Shown: positions 9,844 to 22,368 of the stretch, piece after piece
Layout of the letters: each line of letters begins with the position of its first letter
Numbering within the stretch: the stretch's first letter is position 1
Assembly: GCA_052327205.1 (NCBI GenBank)
Contig: CM126225.1
Location: 45,880,001-45,944,000 of the forward strand
Reading direction: 5' to 3'
From: Somniosus microcephalus
Taxonomy: Eukaryota
DNA length: 64,000 nt
Translations under genes and position numbers: made by a program
Notes under the pieces: model-generated
Database searches by the model: none
What the model was told of the DNA's origin: nothing
What the model saw: the letters and a program-made list of their open reading frames with translations, nothing else

Positions 9844-10300
9844 TGTGGCTCAGTGGGTAGCACCCTCGCCTCTGAGTCAGAAGGTTGTGGGTTCAAGTCT
9901 CGCTCCCGAGACTTGAGCACATAAAGCTAGGCTGACACTCCAGTGCAGTGCTGAGGGAGTGCTGCACTGTCGGAGGTGCCGTCTTTCGGATGAGACTTTA
10001 AACCGAGGCCCCGTCTGCTCTCTCAGGTGGATGTAAAAGATCCCATGGCACTATTTCGTAGAAGAGTAGAGAAGTTATCCCCGGTGTCCTGGCCAATATT
10101 TATCCCTCAACCAACATAACAAAAACAGATGATCTGGTCATTATCACATTGCTGTTTGTGGGAGCTTGCTGTGCGCAAATTAGCTGCCGCGTTTCCCACA
10201 TTACAACAGTGACTACACTTCAAAAAAGTACTTAATTGATTGTAAAGCGCTTTGAGACGTCTGGTGGTCGTGAAAGGTGTTATATAAATGCCAGTCTTTC
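9844..10300 (+). mobile_element. Full-length SacSINE1/DeuSINE-type SINE
   Basis: A-box tggctcagtggg, B-box ggttcaagtc, Deu-domain-like core, L2-type tail tatataaatgc. Confidence 0.9.
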
Positions 10301-10501
10301 TTTAAATTTCTCTGCCTTTTCCCCTCTCCTTGCCAGAGGGTGCTGATTCCCACAAGCACCAGTCCCCTTCAGTATCTTGGCATTCTTCATGTGTGAGCCT
10401 AGACATTGTGGATTAAATATTTGTCTTGATAGTAAATGGGCGGTATTGCGTGGGCTGCCTGTGATACTCCCCACTTGATATTCAGTTCCACTGAGGTCAA
10501 A

Positions 10502-10587
10502 GGGGTTAAATATCAGGCAGGGTGTAAAACAGGTGGCTGATTCGATACCGCCCGCTTTGTGTCACGACCAAGACGAATATCAACCCC
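10502..10587. mobile_element. Small palindromic MITE-like element
   Basis: ggggttaaatat ... aatatcaacccc; core shared with 9443-9559 and 44135-44305. Confidence 0.55.
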
Positions 10588-11394
10588 TGTGTGCCAGCTG
10601 GCTTTTGCCCATGGAGAGCTTCACAGCCGACAACGATCCTGTTCCTACTCAAAGGGGATTTTTTTTCAGTAGAAATCACCAGGTAACGATCTGGAGTGGG
10701 AGCCTTGGCTGACCCAGGGTGGGGGGTGCAAGGGTGCGGGGGGCACTGACACTGTTTTGTTGCACGCCAACAGCTTTTATTTTTAAAAATGTAACCGGCA
10801 GCAACAGCGGTCAATCACTGTGCTTGAGAGGTTGCCTGGAGTGCCGTTGGCAGATTGTAAATGCTGCATTTCAGTAGGGCTGTTAGGCAAAGTAAAGCCT
10901 GTGAAAAGCAGAAAGCAGACTTGTTCACAGCCTCCTGTGAGATGTTTCAGCATGTAAATAACTTTACTTAGTAACATGCTACTCCCTGAGGCAGCAAAGC
11001 ATTTTACTGTGTGTTTAAATCTGAATGAGGGGCACTTGGACACCACCGTTCTCTACTTTGTGGGCTTGTGTTAATGTTAGTGTGAAATGTAAACAGGACT
11101 CACTTTGAACACAAAGCCTGACTGAAGTAGGCCCAATTGTTTTCAGATTAAGCGTGTCATCCTCTCACATGTGGTAATGGGCAGATAACAAGAAGGACTC
11201 TGGGTAATGCTGCCAATCCCACAGTAACTCTGAGGTCAGGTGTGCTGATTGCCACCGTTTGCTTTCTGATTTTCTCCCCTCCGTTTTGTACAGGTGCTGA
11301 CTGCAGCTGCATAAACGCCAACCGGCAGTGTTTTACGCTGACAGCGGTGTACCGCTCCCCCCGCCCACATAGTGTCTGCATGTCACGGCATCAT

Positions 11395-11785
11395 AACGGC
11401 ACAGAAGGAGGCCATTCAGCAGATCGAGTCCGCGCCAGCTCTCTGTAGAGCAATCTAGTCATTCCCATTGCCCCGCTCTATCCCCGTAGCCCTGCAAGTT
11501 TATTTCCCTCAAGTGCCTACCCAGTCTCCCCTTGAAAACATGTGTCTCCGCTTCCACCACTTCCGTCGGCAATGAGTTCCAGGTCCTCACTTCCTCCCTG
11601 TATCTCTTTCCCAAAACCTTAAATCTGTGTCCCCTAGTCCTTGTACCATCAACTAGTGGGAACAGCCTTTCCCCGTCTAGCCTATCCAGACCCGTCATAA
11701 TCCTGTACACCTCTATCAAATCACCCCTCAACCTCCTTTGCTCTAATGAAAACAAATCCAGCTTCTCCAACCTGGCCGTGTAGTC
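11395..11785 (-). mobile_element. CR1 LINE 3' fragment
   Basis: LFSLEQRRLRGDLIEVY...TWNSLP. Confidence 0.9.
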
Positions 11786-11788
11786 TAA

Positions 11789-12680
11789 GGGGGAGAAATT
11801 CGGTATCGCCCCGTTTGGGGCGCAATTATCGGCCGGACGCAAAGTTTAGCGCCTGGCACTAATTATCGCGTCCGACTGCAAACTTGGCTTCTATCGACCC
11901 TGGAGGCGATGGGAGTGCTAAATCAGGCGCTACACACCTCTCTTAAGGCGCTAACGCCGAGGAGCGAGGCGCTATCACAGAGCGCTGGCGAAGCTCATGT
12001 GATGTCAGTCAGCAATGGAACACAGACACACTGGCGCCGGCCAGTTCTTAAAGGGGAGGGTCGATCTTGCTCTCCATCCACACCCTGCTCATTGCAGCCT
12101 TGAATCTCGGCCTGGAGAGACCTGTACATCAAATCTGCTGGAAAAAACAATGGAGAGGCCCTGGGAAAGAGCTCAGAGTGCAGCCCCCATAGTCTCTTCT
12201 AAATCAATACAAGGATGGTCAAATCAAAATAAACCTGCAAAGTGCTGCTCAGTACCCAAAACTCCTTCACACAGCGTTGAATCTCTCCAGAAGTCTCTCT
12301 CTCTCTCTCAGAATGCGTGGTTCAAAAATGTCGCCGACAAAAAAAGGCAGGAAGCGGTCACCTTTAAATAGCGCTCCCCCAGTCCCTTCCCAATTGCAAA
12401 ACGTTCCCCTCAACCTGTCATTGCTAGCAGCAGGCGGAAAGGCAGGGGGCGTCACTCAATATTCGGTCCGGGGCACTACCGGGGCATTGCACACTCGACT
12501 GATGTCATGATCTGCGGGTGCAGGAGATTATAGCGGTAGTGTTTAGCGCCACCGCAAAATGTCTGGTCAATTTCGCGAGCGGCGCAAACATCGCCGCGCC
12601 CGGGCGCTAGTTGCTTTGCGCCCCATTAGCGCCCTCTTAGGGTGCTAACGGGAGGCGCAAAGCAACCGAACTTTTCTCCC
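11789..12680. mobile_element. Non-autonomous PIF/Harbinger element
   Basis: TIRs gggagaaattcggt / accgaacttttctccc; TAA target duplication at 11786-11788 and 12681-12683. Confidence 0.8.
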
Positions 12681-12839
12681 TAATGATCTTGCTGAGAAAA
12701 ATCCCCGTGTGGCTTAAACTTCCCCATGGTGTTCAATGGTCACCCCTGGGCAAAGCTCGGATGTGCGGGCAAGGCCATGTGATCAGGTGATTCCCCCTAC
12801 TCATGTGACGCCCAGCCCAATGCATAACTAAACACACTT

Positions 12840-13990
12840 AGCAACAACAACAACTTGTATTTATATAGCGCCTTTAATGTAGTAAAACGTCCTAAGGCGC
12901 TGCACAGGAGTATTTTAAGAAAAAAAATTGACACCGAGCCACATAAGGATAAATTAGGACAGGTGACCAAAAGCTTGGTCAAAGAGGTAGGTTTTAAGGA
13001 GCGTCTTAAAGGAGGAAAGAGAGGTAGCGAGGCGGAGAGGTTTAGGCAGGGAATTCCAGAGCTTAGGGCCTAGGCAACAGAAGGTACGGCCACCAAAGGT
13101 TGAGCGATTATAATCAGGGATGCTCAAGAGGGCAGAAATAGAGGAGTGCAGATATCTCGGGGGTTGTGGGGCTGAAGTAGATTACAGAGATAGGGAGGGG
13201 CGAGACCATGGAGGGATTTGAAAACAAGGATGAGAATTTTGAAATCTAGGTGCTGCTTAACCGGGAGCCAATGTAGGTCAGCGAGCACAGGGGAGATGGG
13301 CGAACGGGACTTGGTGTGAGTTAGGACACGGGCAACCGAGTTTTGGATGACCTCAGGTTTATGTAGGGTGGAATGTGGGAGGCCAGCCAGGAGTGCGTTG
13401 GAATAGTCAAGTCTAGAGGTAACAAAGACATGGATGAGAGTTTCAGCAGCGGATGAAGTGAGGCAAGGACGGAGACGGGCGACGTTACAGAGATGGAAAT
13501 AGCCAGTCTTTGTTCTGCTGTGGATATGTGGTCGGAAACTCATTTCAGGGGCAAATATGACACCAAGGTTGCGAACAGTGTGGTTCAGCCTCACAGATGT
13601 TAGGGAGAGGGATGGAGTCAGTGGCTAGGGAACGGAGTTTGTGGCGGGGACCAAAAACAATGGCTTCGGTCTTCCCAATATTTAAAGAGCATCATGAAGG
13701 AGGAGAGAGAGTTAGAGAGGCGGAGAGGTTTAGGGAGGGAATTCCAGACCTTAGGACCTAGGCAGCTGAAGGCAGGGCTGCTAATGGTGGAGCGATAAAA
13801 ATCAGGGCTACACAAGCAGCCAGAATTGGAGGAGCGCAGAGATCCTGAAGGTTTTTAGGGCTGGAGGAGGTTACAGTCATAGGGAGGTGGCGAGGCCATG
13901 GAGAGATCTGAAAACAATGATGAGAATTTTAAAATTGAGGTGTTGCTGGACTGGGAGCCAAAGTGGGTCAGTGAGTACAGGGGGTGATTC
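12840..13990 (-). mobile_element. L2 LINE 3' fragments (two adjoining copies)
   Basis: VRNLGVIF, SRLDYSNALLAGLP, LHWLPV..FKILIL; (ttg)n tail. Confidence 0.92.
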
Positions 13991-14021
13991 AGTTACAACA
14001 CTGGGTAAATTGGGGATGCTG

Positions 14022-15985
14022 AAACATAGAAACATAGAAGATAGGAGCAGGAGTAGGCCATTCGGCCCTTCGAGCCTGCTCCGCCATTCAATGAGATCAT
14101 GGCTGATCATCCAAATTCAGTGCACTGTCGCTGCCTTCTCCCCATATCCCTTGATCCATTTAGCCTTACGAAATATATCCAACTCTTTCTTGAATATATT
14201 TAATGAACTGGTCTCCACCACCCTCTGTGGCAGAGAATTCCACAGGTTCACCACTCTCTGGGTGAAGAAATTCCTCCTCATTTCAGTCCTAAATGGCCTA
14301 CCCCTTATCCTTAGACTATGACCCCTGGTTCTGGACTCCCCGACCATCGGGAACATCCTTCCAGCATCTAGTCTGTCCAGGCCTGACAGAATTTCATAGG
14401 TTTCGATGAGATCCCCTCTCAATCTTCTAAACTCCAGTGAGTATAAGCCCAATCGACACAATCTCTCCTCATACATCATTCCTGCCATCCCAGGTATCAG
14501 CCTGGTGAATCTTCGCTGCACTCCTTCCATGGCAAGAACGTCCTTCCTCAGATAAGGCGACCAAAACTGCACACAATACTCAAGGTGCGGTCTCACCAAG
14601 GCCCTGTACAACTGTAGCAAGATATCCTTGTTCCTGTACTCGAACCCTCTTGCTACGAAGGCCAACATTCCATTTGCCTTCTTAACCGCCTGCTGCACCT
14701 GCATGCTTACCTTCAGCGACTGGTGCACAATAACACCCAGGTCTCTTTGCACTTCCCCTTCACCCAATCTATTGCCATTCAAATAATAATCTGCCTTCCT
14801 GTTTTTGCCACCAAAGTAGATAACCTCACATTTATCCACATTATAGTGCATTTGCCATGTTTCTGCCCAATCACCTAACCTGTCCAAATCGTACTGGAAT
14901 TTCATGACCTCCTCCTCACAGCATACCCTCCCACCCAGCTTTGTGTCGTTTGCAAATTTGGAGATATTACATCCAATTCCCTCGTCCAGATCATTAAAAT
15001 ATATTGTGAACAGCTGCGGTCCTAGGACCGATCCTTGCGGTACCCCACTAGTCACTGCCTGCCAGTCGGAAAACGACCCGTTTATTCCAACTCTTTGCTT
15101 TCTGTCCACCAACCAGTTCTCTATCCAAGTCAATACCTTGCCCCCAATCCCATGTGCCTTAATTTTGCACGCTAATCTCTTATGCGGGACCTTATCGAAA
15201 GCCTTCTGAAAGTCCAAATACACCACATTCACTGGTTCTCCCTTATCTATTTCACCAGTTACATCCTCAAAAAATTCCAGTAGATTAGTCAAGCATGATT
15301 TACCTTTTGTAAATCCATGTTGACTTTGTCCGATCCTGTCACTGCTTTCCAAGTGCTCTGCTATTACATCTTTTATAATGGACTCTAGCATTTTCCCCAC
15401 TACCGATGTCAGGCTTACCGGTCTATAATTACCCGCTTTTTCTCTGCCACCTTTTTTGAATAGTGGGGTAACATTAGCTACCCTCCAATCCATGGGTACT
15501 GTTCCAGAGTCTATCGAGTTCTGGAAGATGACCAGCAATGCATCTACTATTTCTAGGGCCACTTCCTTAAGTACCCTGGGATGTAGATTATCAGGCCCTG
15601 GGGATTTATCGGCCTTCAGTCCCATCAATTTTCCTAACACCATTTCCCTACAAATACTGATTTCTTTCAGTTCCACCCTTTCATCAGACCCTATGTTCCC
15701 CGGCATTTCTGGGAGGTTATTTGTGTCCTCCTTTGTGAAGATAGAACCAAAATATGTATTTAGTTGGTCTGCCATTTCTTTGTTCCCCATTATAAATTCC
15801 CCCGATTCTGACTGCAAGGGACCTACGCTTGACTTCACCAATCTTTTTCTCTTCACATATCTATAAAAGCTTTTACAGTCAGTTTTTATGTTCCCTGCAA
15901 GCTTACTCTCATATTCTATTTTCCCTTTCTTAATTAATCCCTTTGTCCTCCTTTGTTGAATCCTAAACTGCTCCCAATCCTCAGG
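14022..15985 (-). mobile_element. CR1 LINE, 5'-truncated, open RT frame
   Basis: About 620 aa of uninterrupted ORF2 (KSPGPD, YRPVSLTS, YLDFQKAFD, GVPQGSVLGP, FANDTK); tail repeat at 14022. Confidence 0.97.
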
Positions 15986-16459
15986 ATTATTGCATAGCAA
16001 CATTGGTTGCTTTTTAATGCATTGCGTGTGATGCTCTTCGGAACCATTCAGAGAGACACGATAAGGCGCTGTATAAATGCAAAGTCTTTTTAAAGTTGTT
16101 AATGTGGTAGACACATTATATGCGTGCATCGTTGCGATTAAGAGGACCTCCTGCGCATTCACAGGCACACATTTTGCAAATACTTTACATACAATAACAA
16201 AATGCAAATAATCTGAACAGACCTGCCTTTTAGCGACGATAAGCATAAAAGCAAGACGGTTTGCTCATTTGCATAAGTGGCGTCGTTAGGTGTGAGCCGT
16301 GGCTCAGTGGGTAGCACGCTCGCGCCTGAGTCACAATGTTGTGGGTTCCAGTGCTTTCGCTTTGGGATAAAATCCTAATTATTACTTCGAAATAAAGGCT
16401 GATAGTGGGACCAGCGGTCAGAAATATAAAGTATTAAAAATTAAATTTAAATCACATAT

Positions 16460-17310
16460 AACTATCAGAAAAGACTGAACCCACTGGGCCTATATTCTCT
16501 AGGAAAGAGGAGGCTGAGGGGTGACCTAATAGTGGCCTTTAAAATGATGAAGGGGTTCGATAGGGTAGATGTGGAGACGAGGTTTCCACTCGTGGGGGAA
16601 TCCACAACTAGGGGACACAGATATAAGACAGTCACTAATAAATCCAATAAGAAATTCAGGAGAAACTTCTTCACCCAGAGAGTGGTTAGAATGTGGAACT
16701 CGCTCCTACAGGGAGTGGTTGAGGTGAATAGCATAGATACATTTAAGGGGAAGCTAGATAAATGCATGAGGGCAAAAGGAATAGAAGGAAATGCCGATGG
16801 GATTAGATGAAGTAGAATGGGAGGAGGCTCGTGTGGAGTCGACCAATTGGGCTGAATGGCCTGTTTCTGTGCTGTTAATTTTATGTAAACTAGGCCTGTA
16901 TTCTCTTGAATTCAGAAGAATGAGAGGGGATCTCATTGAAGCATACAAAATTATTACAGGGCTTGATAGGGTGGATGCTGGGAGAATGTTTCCCTTGGCT
17001 GGGGAGTCTAGAACCAGGGGCCACAGCCTCAGGACAAAGGGTAGGCCATTCAGGACTGAGATGAGAAGAAGTTTCTTCACACAGAGGGTGGTGAATCTTT
17101 GGAATTCTCTACCCGAGGGCTGTGGAGGCTCAGTCATTGGGTATATTCAAAACAGAAGTCGATAGATTTCTGACTAGTAAGGGCATCAAGGGATATGGCG
17201 ATAGGGCCGGAGAATGGAGTTGAGGCAGAAGATCAGCCATGATCTCATTGAATGGCGGAGCAGGCTCGAGGGGCCGAATGGTTTACTCCTGCTCCTATTT
17301 CTTATGTAAA
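16460..17310 (+). mobile_element. Two tandem CR1 3' fragments (about 16460-16880 and 16886-17310)
   Basis: RRNFFTQRVV-type motif twice, each with its own 3' UTR hairpin. Confidence 0.9.
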
Positions 17311-17659
17311 AGATACCAGGAGACGCTGCTTCACACAAAGGCTGATAAATGTTTGGAATAATCTTCTAGACAAGGCGGTAAAGACCAAAAACTTTTGATT
17401 TGGTCAAAATGCAATTGGACTCTAAGCTGGGCGAGCCGGGGTACTAAAAGGATGAATTTCAGTTGGCCGAATGTCTACTCATCCTTGGCTTTTCTTATTT
17501 CCAGACTAAGTCTCTGGAACAATAGAAGTCTTGCTGCACCGAGGCTGAGAATCTTTGAGCTACAACAAGGGCTACCCCTGCTGCAGCGGAGCTTTTACAT
17601 CGCGGGTTTTCATAGTTTTATTTCAGTTTAAATGTAATGAAATTTTAAAATGTCTGGTT

Positions 17660-17972
17660 AAGTTCCCTCTGAGAACTCTAGGGTCCTCCAATTCTGGCCT
17701 CCTGTGCAACCCCGAATTCCTTTGCCCCACCTTCAGCCATCTAGGCCCTGAGCTCTGATATTCCCTCCCTAAACCTCTCCACCATTTTTCCCCTCCTTCA
17801 AAAACACCCCTTTCAACCTACCTCTTTGACCAAGCTTTTGGTCATCTGTCCTAATGTCTCCTTCCTTGGCTCAATGTCAATTTCTTTTTGTCTGATTTAT
17901 GCTCCTGTGAAGCACCTTGAGGCATTTTACGATGTTAAAAATGCTATATAAATGCAAGTTGTTGTTGTTGTT
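17660..17972 (+). mobile_element. L2 LINE 3' fragment
   Basis: ctctttgaccaagcttttgg; tail ctatataaatgcaag(ttg)n. Confidence 0.85.
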
Positions 17973-18074
17973 GACTGGAGGAAGTGATGACGTCATAACA
18001 TTTTATCAATCTCACTGCTGTGGGTTCCTCCTGTTTTTTTCCGTTTTTAGGCATGTTTGCCGCAGTTGACTGCA

Positions 18075-18440
18075 TTCTTGGCTCAAAGTCACTGGGTTCA
18101 GGTTCCATTCCATGACATGGGCTTATAATCTAGGCTGACGCCTCACAGCACTGGTGAAGGAGAGCTGCGCTGTCGGAGGTGCTGAGACATGAAACCCAAG
18201 GAAGGCCATTTCCAATGGTTGAGGTGGATGTTAAATATCCCACGGCACTATTCACAGAAGAGCAAGGAGTTTTACAGGCCCCTGAAGTCTCGAGTCACTC
18301 CTCCCATTGCTGCTTGTGGGATCTTCTTGTGTACAAAATGGCTGCCACATTTTTGCCTGCATATGAACGGTCACTGCACTGCAATTTAGTGAAGAAGTGC
18401 ACTGGGATGTTTCTGAGAAATGGGATAAGGTGCTAAGTAA
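18075..18440 (+). mobile_element. Degraded SacSINE1-type SINE
   Basis: taatctaggctgac, gtcggaggtgc. Confidence 0.7.
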
Positions 18441-18527
18441 TTAGATGTATTTCATTCCTCACTGCAGTGAATGAATATCTGATATTATGAATCTCAGATT
18501 TTGTGATACAACAATCGGCCAACATAA

Positions 18528-18985
18528 AAGAAAAAAAGACTTGCATTTCCATAGCGCCTTTCACGGCCTCAGAATGTCCCAAAGCACTTTACAGCCAATG
18601 AAGTACTTTTTGAAGTGTAGTCATTGTTGTAATGCAAGAAAAGCGGCAGCCAATTTGCGCACAGCAAGCTCCCAAAAACAGCAATGTGATAATGACCAGT
18701 GAATCTGTTTTAGTGATGTTGATCTAGGGATAAATATTGGCCAGGACACCGGGGATTACTCCCCTGCTCTTCTTCGAAATAGTGCCCTGGGATCTTTTAC
18801 GTCCACCTGAGAAAGCAGATGGGGGTCTCGGTTTAACGTCTCATCCGAAAGACGGCACCGCCGACAGTGCAGCACTCCCTGGGTACAGCACTGGAGTGTC
18901 AGCCTAGATTTTTGCACTCAAGCCTCTGGAGTGGCACTTGAACACACAACCTCCTTCTGACTACCAACGGAGCCACAGCTGACAC
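18528..18985 (-). mobile_element. SacSINE1-type SINE
   Basis: Near-full reverse complement of 9844-10300. Confidence 0.9.
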
Positions 18986-19896
18986 TCCCTATGATTTCCC
19001 TATGATCAGTGAGTCTGAACTGTCGATCCCTTATCTGCATCCATTCTCATACCCCATTTACTTTACCGCTTTATATGTGATGGTAGATCTGATCTTAACA
19101 GCTAGATGGCACACTAAACAAGGTGCCACCGCAGGTGATGTGTATCGCCCAATAAGTTGGCGTTGACCCAAATTTCCCAAGCCAACATAAACGTGAGCTG
19201 TAGGAGGTAGAAACGGCCTTATTATTTGGCTGAGGTACCCATTCTGTACAAGCTGGCAAAGCACTTTTGATCTGCTGCTGGAGTGAGCCTTTGCCATAGT
19301 GGTAACAGTCCCACTTCTTGAATCAGGTGCAGGGTTCGATCCCTGCTCCAGCAGCCCCAGTGATTGGTGACAGGAGCTTGAGCTCTGAATTCTGGGTTGG
19401 TTTGCAGCAGGATACTTGCATCCACTGAGTGTGGGTGCCCCCCCCTCCCCAATATATGGGTTGTGGGGGCCCATAAAACCCTCCTGCTGTATAGGACTAA
19501 CCACCCTATAGGCTGGTATAAAAATGATAACGGCCATGGAAGGAGTATTCAGGTTGCGACCAGATTGTTAATTAGCTTACGAATTCTCCAAGGGGAGTGC
19601 ATGAAGATATAAAAACAGGTAACAGCTCCTGACAAAGAAGCCAGCTTGTAAACAAGTGTGATGAGTTGTGAAGTTGTTTACCTGCAGATCTGTATGGCAG
19701 AAACTGTCCTGTAATATAATTGAGCTGCAGCAGAGTGTTTTCTGACCTCAACCAGCTCCCTGGGGGACAGACATCAGCTGAAGGAGAGGGTAAATTAGAC
19801 CTTGGTCTCCCCTGAGCACCTCCTCCAGATTGCATTCTCCAGTATGAAACAACGTTACAGATCAGCTGCGCCATTTGATGCCAGGCGGTGGTGTAG

Positions 19897-20205
19897 GTAT
19901 AAGAACATAAGAAATAGGAGTTGGCCCTTCGAGCCTGCTCCATGATTCAGTAAGATCATGGCTGATCTTCCACCTTCCTACTGGATCCCCATATCCCTTG
20001 AGTCCCTTAATATCCAAAAATATATCAATCTCTGTCTTGAATATATTCAACGACTGAGCCTCCACTGCCCTCTGGAGCAGAGAATTCCAAAGATTCACAA
20101 TCCTTTGAGTGAAGAAATTTCTCCTCATCTCAGTCCTAAATGGCCGACCCCTTATCCTGAGACAATGGTCCCTCGTTCTAGACTCCCCAGCCAGTGAAAA
20201 CATCC
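19897..20205 (-). mobile_element. CR1 3' fragment
   Basis: RRNFFTQRIVNLWNSL; cataagaa tail. Confidence 0.9.
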
Positions 20206-20859
20206 TGGTACAGATACTTCCAGTAAAAGGCTCCAATTTTGTGCCTAGTAACTCCCCATATGATGGGCTCCTGATTTCATACAAGACGTTGGTGGGAATT
20301 AACCAGGAAAAGATGGTTTATCTCACCAGAGAGCTCACCAGCTTCCGATGATGTGTTTACATTGTACAGAATCATTTCACAAGAAAACTGTGTGTCTGTA
20401 CGTAACTGCTCCTGGTGCTGTGCAAAATACCCCAGGTCTGTACGTGTCTGCTCTCAGTATTGTTGGGCTGGAGGAGGTTACAGAGATCGGGAGGAGGGAG
20501 CCCATGGAATTATTTCAAACACAAAGAGGAGCATTAACAGCTTTAATTACAGTTTTTGTTTCCTGGCCTTAAACTGGCCGGAGAAACTGTGCAAAGATTG
20601 ACGATGTTTATACATGAAGGGTTCACCCTCTGGCCACCAGCTTTCAGCTGCAGCCTGTGCAGAAGAAGCTCGTACTTCACACCTGCAGAGGCAACTAGCC
20701 CTGTTCCATTTATAGTGCAGCACTGAAGTGGGGACTGCCTGCTAATATTAACTCCCACTGGCACCACCAGCATCTCCAGAAAATTTGGAGCAGGTTCCTT
20801 GTTGTCCTTTCAGAAACAATAAATGGTAATTTGGAAAAGTGTGTGAATCAGTGGAAGGA

Positions 20860-21000
20860 TTTGCAAACCTACCACTTTAACCAAGCTTTTGGTCACCTGT
20901 CTCCCTCTTTGGCTTGGTGTCAAATTTTGTTTTTTAACCCTCCTGTGAATCGTCTTTGGGATGTTAAAGGCACTGTATAAATTCAATTTGTTGTTCTCGA
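20860..21000 (+). mobile_element. L2 3' tail fragment
   Basis: ccaagcttttggtcacctgtc...aaaggcactgtataaa. Confidence 0.7.
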
Positions 21001-21825
21001 ACAGACATGAACGCTCCTTCAATGGCCATAACCATCTTTATACCAACCAGGGTGGTTAGTCCTGTATGGCCAGAGAGTTTTATGTTCCATACGATGAGGA
21101 GTGGGGGAGGTGGGGGGTGGGGGGAGATTTGGTTCACGCACCAGTGTATCCCGCGGGATGTCAACCCGGAATTCAGAGTGGAACGCCGGTCTCCACTCAA
21201 TGGGACCACCTGGAGCAGGGCTTGAACCCTGCACCTTCTGACTCAGAGGCCGGAATGCTAACTACTGAACCAAAGGCTCGGCCCCAGCATATAAATGTTA
21301 AATAACATAAACAAGAAAGAAAATGAGACGGAGGGAAGCTCAATGTTCCCATGGGATCGAGGCAGCAGAAGGTTACCTGTCATCATTATCAGGGGGCTGC
21401 TAACAACCTCTCATGCTGTTAATGGCTATTATCAGGTAGGTGAAAACCACTATTTTTGAAACTTCCTTTCATGTTGCAGATGAAGCAATAAAAATCAACT
21501 GGGCTCAGAAGCAAGACTTGAGAGGACTGGTGTGTAGATAAAATATACATTGTAAAATATACATTGTGCTGTGGCCAGGAATTCCTCCTTCGAAAAAAAG
21601 ATCAAACAAGTGAAACCAGTGCTCCCCTGCTGGCCGAATATGTAACAGAATGGCTCATCATGTAATGTAGAGCCACATAGACGGGCAGTCCCAGGTTCGA
21701 CTCTCAGTCTGTGCAGAGATAATTCATCTCATTACAATTGGATTCAGCACCCCTGGGTTAGGAAAGGAAAATCGGCCATGGCTCCTGCTCCTGATCACTA
21801 GCCAGCTAGAACTCCACATGTGTAG

Positions 21826-22250
21826 GTGTCAGCCGTGGCTCACTGGTAGCGCACTCGCCTGAGTTAGAAAGTTGTGGGTTCAAGTCCCTCTCCAGGAACG
21901 AATGCAATAATCTCAGCTGACACTCCCAATGTAATACCGAGGGAGTGCTGCACTGTTGGAGGTACGCTCTTTCAGGTGAGATGTTAACTCAAAGCCCCGG
22001 CTGCCCTCTTAGGCGGACGTAAGAATCCCATGGCAGTATTCCTGGCCAATATTTATCCCTCAACCACCATAACTAAAACAGGTTCTGGTCATTATCACAT
22101 TGCTGTTTGTGGGACCTTGCTGAGTGCAAATTGGCTGTTGCATTTCATACATTACAACAGTGGCTACACTTCAAAATTACTTAATTGGCTGTAAATCACT
22201 TTGGGACATTCTGAGGTTGCGAAAGGTGCTATATAAATGCAAGTCTTTTT
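21826..22250 (+). mobile_element. SacSINE1-type SINE
   Basis: Head, core and tail as at 9844. Confidence 0.88.
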
Positions 22251-22368
22251 TTAGATGTCATGTCAGGACAGGACAGGATGCAGCAGTCGAATAGCCTACT
22301 GATGATCACTGCCAAGCCTCGCACATGAATAATGACCACTTGGGCAAGGATCTGGAGAGAGGGGGTAT

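Noticed and set aside
9844-9910. tRNA genes at SINE heads (also 33540-33605)
   Set aside because: A/B boxes run straight into SINE bodies; no complete cloverleaf or terminator.
15986-16246. N-terminal ~90 aa of the 709-aa ORF as a host-RT fusion
   Set aside because: Flanking sequence that is open by chance; no promoter or splice evidence, and the RT motif is mutated.
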